NCBI GenBank assembly: GCA_030324005.1
Contig: JARDVH010000115.1
Coordinates: forward strand, 36,592,794 to 36,656,793
Reading direction: 5' to 3'
DNA length: 64,000 nt
Origin: Negaprion brevirostris
Taxonomy: Eukaryota
Part shown: positions 50,060-63,479 of the stretch, in pieces
Position numbering within the stretch: position 1 is the first letter of the stretch
How the letters are laid out: every line of letters starts with the position of its first letter
Made by a program: the position numbers and the translations under genes
The notes under the pieces: generated by a model
What the model saw: the letters and a program-made list of their open reading frames with translations, nothing else
The model's database searches: none
Told to the model about the DNA's origin: nothing

Positions 50060-50790
50060 AGGTCATTCAGCCCTCCCTTGAGCCTGTTCTGCCATTCAAT
50101 TAGATTACTATCGATGTGTGTCTTAATTCAATGTATCCTTCAATAACCTGACCTAACAAAAATCTACCAATCTCAAGTTTGAAATTTGTTGATCTAGCCT
50201 GAACAGCATCTATCTTTCACTGCAAAAGCTAAGTTCTCCCTCAGTGTACCTGAACAGGTGCCAGATGTGGCAACTTGGGGAATTTCACAGTACCTTTTGG
50301 AGTGTGAATGTCAGTCTACTTGTAACTAGTGAATAAACTTTACTTTCAATTTACGTCCATTGCACTTTGGTCTGGTTCAGATTTTAAGGTCATACCCGCT
50401 TGTTCTGGACTGCTCCCTCAGTGGAAATAAATTTGTCATAACAGCTCTTAATCATCTTACCACCTCAAGTAGATCAAACCTTAATCTTCTGTAATCAAAT
50501 GAAAAAGCTAGTCTAGACAATATTTCACTTTATAATTTAACAAACATCAATATTATGTGTGCTGTAGCCCCTCCAAACCAGATGCACTCTTCCTGAGGCT
50601 TGATGCCCAAAGCTGAAGGGAAAACGCTAAATGGGATCTAACCAGAGCTTTACATGAGTAAGAGTTATGTTACTTCTTTGTATACCAGTCCCCTTAAGAA
50701 AAAGGCCAACATTATTTTACCTTTAATTATTCTTTATATTTTCTACTAGCTTTTTGTGATTTATGTACTTTAGCACCCACATTTTGCTGT
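50060..50790 (-). mobile_element. Old CR1 LINE 3' part
   Basis: cattcagccc...gagcctgttctgccattcaattagat tail and aaggccaacatt motif in reverse. Similar relics lie at ~3440-4090, ~17805-18140 and (plus strand) ~42060-42310. Confidence 0.6.
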
Positions 50791-52408
50791 TCCTCATCAG
50801 TTTCTAGACATCATTTAAAAAAGGCAGATTAAAACACTAAGAAATGAGAATCAGGTGTTGTGCGATCAGGGTGTTAAGATTGCAAAGACTTAATTTACAT
50901 CCTAAATGTAAAAAAGCTTCAACAAATGAAAATGGTTTAAACAAATTAGTAAATGCAGTGGTGTGGTGAAAGCTTAAAAAAATGCACAATACTTACTTTA
51001 TATAATGTACATTTTCCATTCCTAAGTAGCATATAAATGATATATGCAGGTTTTGAAAGCAGTGAAGGCCTAATATATGGAAGGTTCCTGGCAGAAATTA
51101 GTTTCCCATTTCACAATATATAACTTTTTCAGTTCAACTGGAGACTTCCTCTTTAGAAATTGAATTTTTGGTAAATATTATTTGGCTACTAGGTTAACTC
51201 ATTAAAATTTTCAATTGGTTTAATGATTCACTTAAAATTTCAAATTAGTATGCATTAGAAGTTATGCTCCCCCATTTTTCTAACAAATATGAAGGAGGAA
51301 GTGCAAAATTTAACCCTTCTATTGGAAGCCACAAACATACTGTAGCTGACAACTGCTAGCTAATAACTGTTAAAGACTGACCTTAAACAATTAGGTCCAT
51401 ATGCTTTAAGCAACTTGCATCTAGAAGGAAGCTTAATGCTTTCTATTTGATGCTGCAATTGTGTAGTACTAATGCTTAATGCTCCAGAGTTGCAATATGT
51501 GCTGCACTCAATGTCACCAATCCAGGGTTTTTACATCTGAAAATTACTTTGCATGAGCAATGCAGATGCTACTTGGGCCAGAATTAGGGTATTATCTTGG
51601 TGCCCCTGGTGTATGCAATGAAACTCAAAGTAGAACTTCAGGAAGAGGATTTTAAAAAGGTAACTTGTCAGTTCTTTTATGACTTCTCGTATAACTCCTC
51701 TGTGCAGGGAACATTCAGTTGCCATGTGTCAGCTGAAACAGTGTCAGATTACCAAGCACAGGTAAAAAGTCAGAATGAAGCTGTCTTTATACAGTTGTGT
51801 GGGTTCTGCTGAAGTGATATTACTGATCTAAGTTTGAGAAGTGTAATGTAGAATGCCAGGTTCTACTATGTCCCTGTCACATGGAGTAACAAGGACTCAA
51901 GGAGCAACTGAATCCTGTTTCAGGATCCACTGCTCTGCAAAGGTCAAATTTGCACATTAGATTTCTACGTTAAAAAAAAGTCAGTTTGCATATTTGAGCT
52001 TAATCCAGTGTGCCTGAAAAAAGCTCAAATTGGTTCAAGCACATGTTGCTTTCTAAACAAAAATAGTTATGCATTTAATTAGGATTTATCCCAATTCTTT
52101 TCTTCCCCATACTTAATCATAGTCTGTGTACGTTCTAATACTTATGAAAAGTGATACTATATTGTGGAATACAAGTATTACATGCCCACACCTAGCTTCC
52201 CTCTGGTGTAGTATGACCGATTGTGTAAATTGCATGATTTGTAAGTCATTGGTAGAATAGGAGGCGGTGGCATGTAAATTCTGCAACACATCTTGCAGAT
52301 GAAGAAGCATACAGCCTCCATCAATCAGACTGAAAGGTCAATATTCATTTTGTTGACCCTCCAACGGCATATATTTTTCTTTTTTGTAGACAGCACACTT
52401 TTACAGAC

Positions 52409-52549
52409 CTGATCCTGGAGTAATTAAAGGTCCCTCCAACTCCAGTGCATCATCTTCACCTTGGTCTTTTTCTTCAACTTTTCGCTTTTTCTTCTTTGTT
52501 GGATCTTTCGGTTTCCTCAGGAGTGAGAGTTCTTCAGGATGCCTTATGT
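52409..52549 (-). CDS. FERMT2: Kindlin-2 exon 4 (F1 subdomain and poly-lysine F1 loop)
   Basis: Encodes (N)IRHPEELSLLRKPKDPTKKKKRKVEEKDQGEDDALELEGPLITPGS(G), matching kindlin-2. Acceptor ccttacag|AC, donor TCAG|gtctgt; 141 nt, phase 1-1. Confidence 0.96.
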
Positions 52550-53104
52550 CTGTAAGGAGTAAGATAATTAGGAATTGACCAGACATTCAAGCAGGTAAAT
52601 TAAACAATGCTCCCAAAATTCCCTCTGGAAATAAGGCTGGTTGAACAAGGTGTACAAATTAGAGCAATGAGCCACAAGAATATCATGCTGATGCCAAGTC
52701 TTCATATAATTTTTAAACACATTTGGATTTGGCATACTTGAAAACATCTCCAAGCAAGCAATAAAATGGCACTGTGGGGTTACAGTGCTGTTTTGGCACC
52801 AAGAGAATATGATTTGAATCCAAAAGGGAAAAGCATGTGTTTTATTTCTGCTCTAAAAATTCAATTCAGTTCATTGTGATTATAAATCATTAACTGAACT
52901 ATAATGCACACTTCAAAAAGAAATCAGAATGTCATGTGAATGACAACATAAGAACATAAGAAATCGGAGCAGGAGTAGGCCATCTAGCCCTTCGAGCCTG
53001 CCCCGCCATTCAATAAGATCANNNNNNNNNNNNNNNNNNNNNNNNNNNNNNNNNNNNNNNNNNNNNNNNNNNNNNNNNNNNNATTGAATGCTACATATTG
53101 GCGA

Positions 53105-53480
53105 TCACTTAGTGGTACTGCTATTAGACTAGTAATCCAGAGACCCAGGGTAATGCTCTGGGGACCTGAGTTCGACTCCCACCATAACAGGTGGTGGAAT
53201 CAGAATAAATTTTTTAAAAATCTGGAATTAAACTCTAATGATGGCCATGAAATCAAAATCAAAATCAGTCATCGTAAAGATGCACCTAATTCTTTGGGGA
53301 GGGAAGTCTGTCATCTTTACCCAGTCTGTCCCACATGCTACTCAAGATCAGACCCACAGCAGTGTGGTTGATTTTCGAATACCCTTTGAAATGGTATAAT
53401 AAGCCACTCAGTTTAAGAGCAATTAGAGATGGGCAATGAATGCTGGTTCAGCCAGCAATGCCCTCATTGAATTAAAAAAC
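53105..53480 (+). mobile_element. tRNA-derived SINE, second family
   Basis: Head agtgg...gactagtaatccagagaccc...gagttcgactccc; 3' end gcaattagagatgggcaatgaatgctgg followed by an A-rich tail. Confidence 0.75.
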
Positions 53481-53850
53481 TGATAAATTATCAGAATATG
53501 TACTCATCAGTCTTGTAAATTAGGTCATCATTTTTGCTAAAAATATCAAAAAAGTTGAATTTGGGATTTTAGAGATGTAGAGATGGATTATGTGCCAGTC
53601 TTGATCCCCAACGTATGCAGTTTTAACTAATTAGCCAGTTTTTGTTGAAACAGAAGTTTGGTTAGGGTGGGATATTACAAGGAGAAAAATGAAAGAAAAC
53701 AGCTCGTCTCTGGATGGTCATCCAGCAACCTTTGGACATTGGGCAAGAACAAGTTCAAGCTCAGTTCTGATTAGTTGAGTCAACATTCACCATTTAAGAT
53801 AAGGCAAGACAACAAGCCATCAGACCAAGCACAAATCAACAAATGTGTGT

Positions 53851-53992
53851 GTTTTCGGAGCGCTACTGCTTCTTCAGGTGAAGCAGCAGTGCTCCATAAG
53901 CTTGTGATTCCAAATAAACCTGTTGGACTTTAACCTGGTGTTGAGACTTCTTACTGTGCCCACCCCAGTCCAATGCCGGCATCTCCACATCA
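53851..53992. mobile_element. Penelope-like terminal repeat, second family, with a short inverted head
   Basis: ttcggagcgctactgcttcttcaggtgaagcagcagtgctcc followed by aaataaacctgttggactttaacctggtgttg...ccccagtccaatgccggcatctccacatca. Confidence 0.7.
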
Positions 53993-54120
53993 TTACTGAA
54001 TTATGCATTAGATCGCAATAAAGCTTTTCATGCCTGTGCAGGACCTTTTAATAATATGCAACATTCCTTGTTATACTGTCTTATGTTAGTTAACATGCTA
54101 CTACAGATACTATAAAAGAG

Positions 54121-54382
54121 GGCAGCGCAGTGGCTAGCTCTGCTGCCTCAGTGCCAGGGACCCGTGTTCGATCCCAGGCTTGGGTGAGGTGTGTGTGTGT
54201 GCGCGTCTGTGTGGAGTCTACATTCTCCCAGTGTCTGCATGGGTTTTCTCCCACAATCTAAATATGAGCAGGTAAGGGGGATAAGGGGGGAGAATGGGCC
54301 TGGGTAAGATGCTCTGTTGGACAGCTGGTGCAAACTCAATGGGCTGAATGGCCACCTTCTGCACCGTAGAAATTCTGTGATT
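54121..54382 (+). mobile_element. HE1 SINE
   Basis: ggcagcgcagtggctagctctgctgcctcagtgccagggacccgtgttcgatccc...ttctgcaccgtagaaattctgtgatt. Confidence 0.87.
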
Positions 54383-54394
54383 ATACTAAAAGGG

Positions 54395-55652
54395 AAATCT
54401 GTTTCACAAATTTATTGCAGTTTGAGAATGTAACAAAGGTAGATAAATGGGAACCAAATGTAGGACGAGGTGCCACCTGAAAAGGTTCATAGGCAAGTTA
54501 GAGATATTACAGGTTGAGTATCCTTTATTCAAAACCATCCTGGTGGATTGTGTTTCAGATTATTTTGTTTTATAGATACCACATATAGGCTTACGCCTCC
54601 TTACATTCCAATTGCTGGAGCCTAAGTTAGCTATAGTTTAAAGTACAAATAAAAAAAATAGCTAGAAAAAAATGTACCACTGAGTAATAAATACAGAGTA
54701 CCAGTAATAAATTCCCACCATGGTGCCATGTGAGATTTTGCTTGTAGAAGAGGGTTTGCAAGATAAACAATGCAGACAAAAAATTACAAGGGAAACAGTG
54801 CAGACAAACAATTAGACTTCCTGCACTAAGGTCAGGTGTGGTTGATGGAGGTGAGTGTCAGCTCGAGTCAGAGACTTCCTGTGCTCAAAGACAAACAAAT
54901 TTCAAAGAAAGTGTGGTTTTTGGATTTATGGACAGAAAATAATTAACTGAACTTGTAGTATGGAGAGGATTGGTCAACAGATATGCATAGTAGAGTACCA
55001 CAAGTGTCAGTGCTGGGGTTCCAGCTATTACACAATCTGTACTACTGATTTAGAAGAGACAGACAGTAATGTATCACGTTTGTGGATGATACAAAGAAAT
55101 GGAAAGGTAAGCTATTGGGAGGCTGCAGTGAGTTTATAGACAGCATATGAATGAGTAAGAGATTGTTTCCACAAGTCAGGGAATCCAAAGTATAAGAACA
55201 TAAGAAATAGNNNNNNNNNNNNNNNNNNNNNNNNNNNNNNNNNNNNNNNNNNNNNNNNNNNNNNNNNNNNNNNNNNNNNNNNNNNNNNNNNNNNNNNNNN
55301 NNNNNNNNNNTCCTCCTCAACTCTGTTCTAATACGGGGTTGTCTCAAGATAAAGGACTGATCAATAATGTATGGGATTAGAAGAAATTACTTCATTCAAA
55401 AGGTTGCGAATTTTTGGAATACGCTGCAATGGAAGGATTATGGTTGTCCCATTACTGAATACAATGAATCTGTCTGGAACAAACAGACTGTTTGACGCCT
55501 AAGGTCACCAAGAGCCATCGGGAATCAAGGAACATGGCGAATGGGTGGGGAATGCGCGGAGGAACGGAGTTGAAGGCCAAGTTCGGCCATGATCATATTG
55601 AACAATGGAACAGACTTAAATGGGCCACATGGTCTACTCCTGCTCCTATTTT
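54395..55652 (+). mobile_element. Fragmented CR1 LINE (RT to 3' end) with insertions
   Basis: aggtgccac (KVPH-like), tcagtgctggg, tttgtggatgatacaaag (F.DDTK), tail ggtctactcctgctcctattt. Confidence 0.7.
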
Positions 55653-57509
55653 GTTGTGATTGAGGTTTTGCATGTGACTTTGGTGGAATATTAAAAGCTT
55701 CNNNNNNNNNNAGCTATTCAATGATTCTGTTCATTGAAAGTTGAACTTTTCTGAATGCTTGTTTTCACCAATATAGGTGAAAGAGATGAACCACAGCAGT
55801 ACAGAGACAGTTTATACAGAATCTGAAAGCTGGTGAAGCAATAAATCCATTAGAAATTTTAGATACATTACATTCAATATAAATTGAACCATTATCTTTA
55901 GTTAGATTTTGCAAGTTTTACTTCAGAATTATTTCAAGCAAATGTCAATGGAGTTCATATTTCATGATTCATGTAAAGAGAGGGCTTCAGACTGTTGCTT
56001 TCCTAGCTACCTTTAACCTAGAAAAAAAAATGCATGCAATGGATTAGCCTGCATTTAAAAAAAATTCTACAGCAGATCAATTCAATAGTTCTCTCTCCTG
56101 CCCCAACAGAACCACACAGGGTAGTAAGGTTTCAAATTTCAAGCAGGCCATCTTGGAGACTTAGGCACCAACAAACCAATATTTATACAGTACAATCTAA
56201 CCCTCAAAATTCAAAATAAGCAAAGAAATAAATAAAAATACATTTAGATTTCATAGACGGTGATATATGGCCAGACTTTTGCACAGTCAGAAAGGTTTTG
56301 CAGACTTTAAAATGGACATGAAAATCGGTAGGACGCGATTCACAAGCGAGGGGAAACCCAAACTCAGTTGATGAATTCAGGCGGACTCCACTTTGGCTGC
56401 TGCAAGGTCTTTAACCTATAAAGGAGTCACAAATATGTAGTAGGTGCAATCACTTCTGAAGCACAGACAAGGTCTGAATGATGGTCATGATCTGTAGGTT
56501 TTTTCTTAAATACCCATCTCCCTTAAACTTTGGAAACAAACAGGCAGTCAAGAGTGAAAACAAATCTTTGCCGGACTACTTTGGTCAGCAGGCCAGCTGC
56601 TGTAAGTTATGGGAAAAAAAGTATCCGGTGATGCATTTTATTATTGAAATTTCTTCAAAAAGACCATGATGTCATTATGAATGCTTGGCTGGATTTCAAA
56701 AGCTATAATTGTCACAGCAGGACAATAAGTTCAGTTTGATTGACAATTTAAAGAGGCTACTGTAGACAAAGTTAATCTTTAAAGCCTCCAAAATTCATTC
56801 CACGAATGGGGATCAGCTTATTTGCCGAGTATAAAATATGAACTACCAGGTATTTACTGTTTTGAAATGTGAAAAACCACCACATCATCAGTAATTCATT
56901 TTAAATTAGTGTGGTACAGTTTATTAAATTAATTGTACAAAATAAAATTGTTTTAAAACTTGTAAAATTCAGTCTTTGGCATCCAACACAGCATTCATCA
57001 TTCTGAATCATTTTGGCTACGGAATCATCGTAAGGATCCCAATCTGGATCAGATGTATCACTTTCCATTTCAGAATAATCTCCATAACAAATCACCTTCC
57101 TCTCTGTTCGCTAAATTGAACATTCTGCATTTTTTGCATGATTCAAATGGTAATTTTGCATTAATAGCATCCTACAATTTGATGAAAACCATACAAGCCA
57201 TCCATTGAGGCAGCACGAATATTCCAGTCTTGAAGATTTTTTTCTCCATCCACCTATTCTACTCAATGGGAACATAATTCTTGAACTACAGCTGTTAGAT
57301 CTGTTTTGCTGAATAAGGAAGGTGGTAAAAGGGGTTTTAAATAGTGGGGGGAGAGGGCAGGGAGGAGAAAGAAATCATGTGAAAATTAATATGGTAGTAA
57401 AAGGGAACTTGCATGGTAGCATTTTGGGTAATGATAGTCAAATAGTGACAGGGAGGGACAGAGCATACAAACTTAAATAGCACCAGCAGATGAGCCAAAG
57501 TTTGCAAAA

Positions 57510-58095
57510 ATGATAAAAAGATAGAGAGTTAAAGACTCTGTATCTGAACATGCACAGAATTTGTAACAAAGCAGAATGGTTTGCACAGATAGAAATAAAT
57601 ATATATGACCTGATAGCCATTAGAGGCATGGTGGTGAGATGACTATGGCTAGGACCTGAATATTCAAGGGTATTTGACATTTTGAAAAGATAGAAGGCAG
57701 CGAAAACGTGATGTGATAGCTCTGAAATAAAAGCAAAATGCTGCGGATGCTGAAGATCTGAAATAAAACAGAAGATGCTTGATAAACTCAGTCGATCTGG
57801 CAGTACCTGTGGAGAGAGAAAATGCTGGTAGTTCAGTCAGTTAAGGAAGATGTTAGTACAGTAGTGAGGCATGACCTTCACTTTAAGCAAGATATTGAGT
57901 CATCTTGGGTAGACAAAAGAAATAGAAAAGTAAGAGGCCTCTTGCAGGAGTAGTTCAAAAGGCCCCCTAATAACTTCACTGTTTGACAGATCATACAGGA
58001 AAAGAATAAATGCAAGGGGCATGTAAAAAAAAGGTACTGCAGTAATCGAGGATGATTTCAATCTATTTACATATTGGGCACATTACATTGGCAAT
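57510..58095 (+). mobile_element. CR1 LINE endonuclease fragment, interrupted by a Penelope repeat at ~57730-57825
   Basis: ctgtatctgaac...tatgacctgatagccatt (YDLIAI)...gatttcaatcta (DFNL). Confidence 0.7.
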
Positions 58096-58955
58096 AGTCT
58101 TACTGCCTCTGAAAAGTAATAAATATATCAAAATTAGGTTGGTTATCAGTCTGGAAGGTTAAATTTTAATCAAACTAAATTTGGCAAATGACCAAAAAAG
58201 GGGGAAGGTTCAAGGAGCATCTGGAAAGATGAGAGGTTCAGCTGCAGGTAAGTTTAGAGTGTGTTCTGGAAATGAACTCACCCTCATNNNNNNNNNNNNN
58301 NNNNNNNNNNNNNNNNNNNNNNNNNNNNNNNNNNNNNNNNNNNNNNNNNNNNNNNNNNNNNNNNNNNNNNNNNNNNNNNNNNNNNNNTGGAAATGAACTC
58401 ACCCTCATGAGCAGAGGGGAGAAACAAAATTGCAAGAGGAAAACAGTAGAACAAGACAAGGTACTCTAATTAGGCACAGTTCATGTGAAATTCTAAACAG
58501 CATTCACTGGGTCATGAAGATTTAAAATAATTTACTTTCTAATCTTGTTGTTATTCAGGTTTCATTCTTCCCCAAAGATCTCTCATGCTACTTTCCTTAA
58601 AATTCAAATCAGTAGCTCTGTCTGTGTTTAAACCAGGTCTCAGAGAACTTATGAAAATTATTAAAATATGGAATTCATTAACTTTTAAAGTGGCCATTAA
58701 GTCAAGTTAAATGTTCAGAGGAAATTAGATCAACACCTCAAGGAAGTCATTAAAAACCGACAGAGAAAGGCTGCAAACGGAAAGCTCTGATGTGGATAGG
58801 GTTGTTAACTCTACCTGTGCATGAACGTGCACATTGATCCAATTTATCAAATTTCATAATCATGGGTTACAATCAATGTTGGTAGTAATCATGAGCATAT
58901 CTATTAAATCATGCTAGTTTTAAAATTAAAGCAAATTCAAGTCATCAGTAACATT

Positions 58956-59771
58956 GGGAGCTATTCTTCCATCCCGCTGCATGAATCTTTTAGCACAATG
59001 GGCCGGAAGAATCACGCCTGAGCTGTTTCACGGGATTTGTACATGCTTTCCCGCCGCGTGTACATCTCCAAGCACCAGATATTTACAGTGGTTGGGACCA
59101 CACTGGAAACTAACAGAAACAGCAGGTAAGTGATTTAAAATGACATTAAAATAACATTAGAGTCAGATTTAATGTGATTAGTGGGCCCTGGGCTGAAGTC
59201 TCTGGGGCCCTCTACCATTTCCCATCCCACTGATACAATTTCACTCCAGCAGGATTCAGACTAGCTGTTCACTTTCTGGGATGTAACAGGAGAACATGCT
59301 GGAGTGAAGGGGGTTTAATCAGGGCTCCCCTGGGCATGGGCAACCAGGCTGTGCCAGCTTGTGCGCTGGTACTGCCCAGAGGCAAAGTATCCATGATTAG
59401 GCTGTCACCTTGCACTACCCACAAGGCATGGGGCAATGCCAAGGGGACAGGACTTCCCACTGCCACTCTGCGTGGGAATTGATTAGGGCTGCAGGAAGGC
59501 CAGCTTTGGGATGGCCAGGAATGCTCGGGNNNNNNCACAATCATGCCAACTAGCAACTGCAGGCCGATAGACAGAGGCCACAGCACGTGCGCAGAGGCCC
59601 GGAAATGTCAGCCTCCAGTGTGAATAGGCCCCACCTTCCCTGAGCTTTTTATGATATATGCAACCTCTGCATTGTGGAAGATTTGAGTGTGAAGTTGCAC
59701 TGAAAAAACAATGATTTACATCTGTTTTCCGGCCAATTCAGCACTTAGAACTTTATGGGGAGAATCACCCC
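58956..59771. mobile_element. Non-autonomous TIR DNA transposon (Harbinger-like MITE), copy 2
   Basis: Ends GGGAGCTATTCTTCC and GGGAGAATCACCCC. Shares the subterminal aattc(a/g)gcactt.gaa.ttt motif with copy 1. Confidence 0.6.
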
Positions 59772-62700
59772 TACTTTTATTTTTCAACTATAAACAAAAA
59801 AGTGCAATTAAAAACTCACCTGACGACAACTAAATTATAGATATCAGTATTTCCTGCATTGCTGGCAGTTTTTAAATTACTAAGTGCACCACTGTATTTA
59901 AAACAAGTAAATTTAAGTCACAGGTAGGCTTACGTTAACACTACAACGTAGATTGTATTAGAGTTGCAGTAATGCAGTACTAACAAAGTGTTGGAATATT
60001 TTTCTCCTTCATATTTCTAACATACAAGTTACTGAAACTGTAGAATTTCCACCCCCCAACCCCGTGGCAAAATGAGGGTTAAATCATTCATTTTTCAGAG
60101 ATTTTGTAAAATTAATGGTGCAATTGATTCATGCATGTGGCTAAAAAAAAATCTACTGTTGAAAATGAGTTGCACATGATACAAAGGAACATTCTTTATT
60201 TCAACTGGAGGGACAGAATTTAAAATGGGATTGGTGTATCAAAGGTTACACGACCATGGTGAAGATCACAACAACATATTTTGAATAGAAAAACCTACAC
60301 GTTTTCAAAATTCATTATTGCACAGCAAGCCCATGGAGGCAAATATCCCAGGTTTGGCTGCATCTTGGAATGTTCAATTTTTTAAACTTTCACCTGGGTT
60401 CATACTCTGTTCTAAAAGGTCCTGCCTTTGGGATGTGATTCCAGTACATGTTCTAAATGATGGGTTTCCTCACTTCATTGCCATTGGTCCTTTATCACTG
60501 TGGAAAATCTTGATCCTTGGAGCACTATGTTGGCAGCCAGGAAGAAGATAGAGCGATTGCTGTCGGGCTGAGGTATCTGGAAGCTCCCAGCTAAAAATTG
60601 AGGACAATATGTGCTGGAGATCCTTGTGCAGGACCCCAGCCCAGGTGCCCCTCCCCCACCTTTTTGGAGGGTTGCCAATTCTGGCTGGAAGCTCTCCTGG
60701 TGCATCGGGTTATACAAACATTACTCAGTTCATGCATAAAGCTTGGGTTCCCAACGGTTGAAAACCTTTACACAGTTTTGCAGCAGTGGAGACTTTCCAA
60801 GAGCTAGGAGCCCACCCTGTGAGGCAGTGAGGAGCGGAATCCCTGGAGAACCTCTCCCAAATGCACTCCATGAGGTTTTGATACTCTGCAAGTCACTAAA
60901 TAGGAAGCTAGTCCAACAGCAGCTGGAGTTCTTTGCACAGCACCTAGGTGAGACCAACAAGCCACTGTTGGAGATAGAACCCCGTGTGTATCAATCCTTG
61001 TTCACTAAGCATATCAGCATAAATCTGCTACATTTTGCAGAGCATGAATGAAGCATAATAGTTTCTCCTCCTCTCCTAAACATGGTCACAGTTCTACTAT
61101 GTGGTAAGTGAGTGCACTTCTAATGGGATTAGTTTCCATGCAACCCTTTGAGTTGTTTTTGAAAAACTGAATAAAATGCTAAATAAATGTAGGACTTATA
61201 CATTTCAACACAAGCTGAATCTAGGCATTAATAAAACAGCAACCAAGTCATTTACTGTTTGTAAATAATTAGTTACTTCAGTGGCTATAAATAAATAATT
61301 GATGAGTAAACTGTATGTTGAAGCATAAAATTGTTAACTTGAAAGCAATGACTAAAAAGGCTCAGATTACTCACCTTGATATAAAAGAGGAAAAACCTTC
61401 AAATTCCCAGGGATTAAAAATAATTGAATACTGAAAAGCTTTCTAAACAACCAATTCTGCATGGCATATTTTGCAACATCATGAAATTTGACTCCCCCGC
61501 CATTAATCCACTTATGGAAGCAGAAGGAAGCCCTTCCAATTTTATCTGATGAGCTACAAAGTTCGGGCCAGAATCAAAGTGAGTTTAAAAAAAAATTGCG
61601 AGTTCCATTTGTAACAATGGAAATTAAATATAGCGAGTTGAAACCAAAATTATTCTGACGGTTTTTTGTTCAACTAAATTTTGGTTGCGATCCCGTCTTA
61701 ATAGATGCTGATTGCGGGCAATTTGTCTCAAATGTTAAGAGACGCTTTCCCAAATCAGGTCAGGTAAATGTTTAAGACCTGGTGGCCTAGAGTTTGTGGT
61801 CAACAGCAACCAGCAGCACTTGCCATTCACTGGCCTTACACACTTGCCCACGGATTGTCTGGGCTTTTATGGTGTGAGTTGCAGCAAATAGAGTGCCAAA
61901 ACAACATAACTACTGGGAACTGGGACTTTTGTAACATGGAAAGCAACTGTGCTTCTCCTCAATCAGATGGAACAGAATCAGGACTGCTGAGGCAAGCATC
62001 AAATGTTTCATATCAAATCATATACATAGTGAAATAAAAGAAGGGAGGGAGTGCAGAAGAGATATGGAATTCAGAGATGAGAAGAATTAAGTATAATTTT
62101 TTGTAACACCTTTAACTACAAATGAAAATCTGAAGGAATGAGACTCCAGATTTTAAAAAGAATTTGGTACCAAATTAAAACCCTTACCATGCTATTAAGG
62201 GTTTAAATGTTTTCTGATGCGTTTGGTTAACTTTGCGCCTTTGTGTTAATGCTGAGCTTCTCAAAATTGAGGAGCAGTGCACCTCGAAAAGCAACTTCCA
62301 AATTTCCATATTTAACCATGCATGTGCAGTTGTTGGAAATTACTGAGGGAAATGATTGGATAAGGCCCAAAAACAGAAACATTCACAAGTTCTACTGCAG
62401 AGAATGCATGCGAGTACATTAATGGGGTAGAGAAAAGTGTTGATGGGTATGTACAACGAAATGCTTGATGCATCGGTAAGTCTGTCATTAAGCTTGCTGT
62501 CATTGTTCAGGAGTGCAGAGAAGTGTAGCACCAATTTGGTGCAGGGCTCTGTATAGAGCTTGGAGCTTATTATTTCCAGTTTGGAAGTGCTGACCAATTC
62601 CACAACAGCACTTGTAGGCCCAATCTTGATGCAATATCTGAAGCCTGATGATCCACTTCTGCTGCCGCTAAAGCAGACATCCAAGAGCGACAGATCCTGA

Positions 62701-63166
62701 GGTCACTTAATCTCAGTTGGTTGTTCTGTAGGCTCAAGTAGCCACCACCATGGCAAGACAGTTATTAAAGACGTTTGCAGGGTTGCAGCAGTCGAGCAAT
62801 CTATCCTCCCAACAGATAACTCAGGATTGCATCAACAGAAATTACATTGGTTCTGTGGAGAATGGACCTGGTGTCCCCTTAGGATGACTGCATTACTCCT
62901 CCTAATTTTGCTGCACCAGTACTTTCTGGTCAGCCTGCCAACCCAAATTGCCAAGGTGGTGCAGTCTGAAGTCAGGTCTTTGAGGCCCAGAGCTGCTTGT
63001 GGCATCCTGTAGTTACCCTCACTGCAAGTCAGCATCCATTCACCAGAAAAGCATTAAGGGAATACATCAAAAGGTGATAAAATGTGTTTGTTTAATGAAA
63101 TATTAGGTAGCTTACGTGATGAACTTAATTTTGAATGGTGTGTTGGCTTATATTTCAGCATTCTAT

Positions 63167-63475
63167 GCATGGCACAGAGGTTAGCCCTGCTGTCTCACAG
63201 CACCAGAGACCCAGGTTCAATTCCAGCCTTGGGTGACTGTGGGGAGTTTGCATATTCCTCATGTCTGCATGGGTTTCCTCCCAGAGGCCAAAGATGTGCA
63301 AGTTAAGCAATTTAGCTTTGCTAAATTGTCCCTTAATGTCCCAGAACGTGTATGCAGGATGGATTAGCCATGATAAGCGTGTTGAATTAAGGCATGGCCT
63401 AGGTATTCTTTCAGAGTTAGGGCAGTTTCAATGGGCTTAATAGTCTCCTTCTGCACTGTAGGGATTCTATGATTC
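63167..63475 (+). mobile_element. HE1 SINE inserted in the Harbinger relic region
   Basis: Head, core and tail motifs, ending ctgcactgtagggattctatgattct. Confidence 0.88.
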
Positions 63476-63479
63476 TGGC

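Noticed and set aside
58267-58408. Direct repeat tggaaatgaactcaccctcat on both sides of a 100-N gap (same pattern at 7839-7982)
   Set aside because: Typical contig-end overlap around fixed-size scaffold gaps, although a target-site duplication of an unassembled insertion cannot be excluded.
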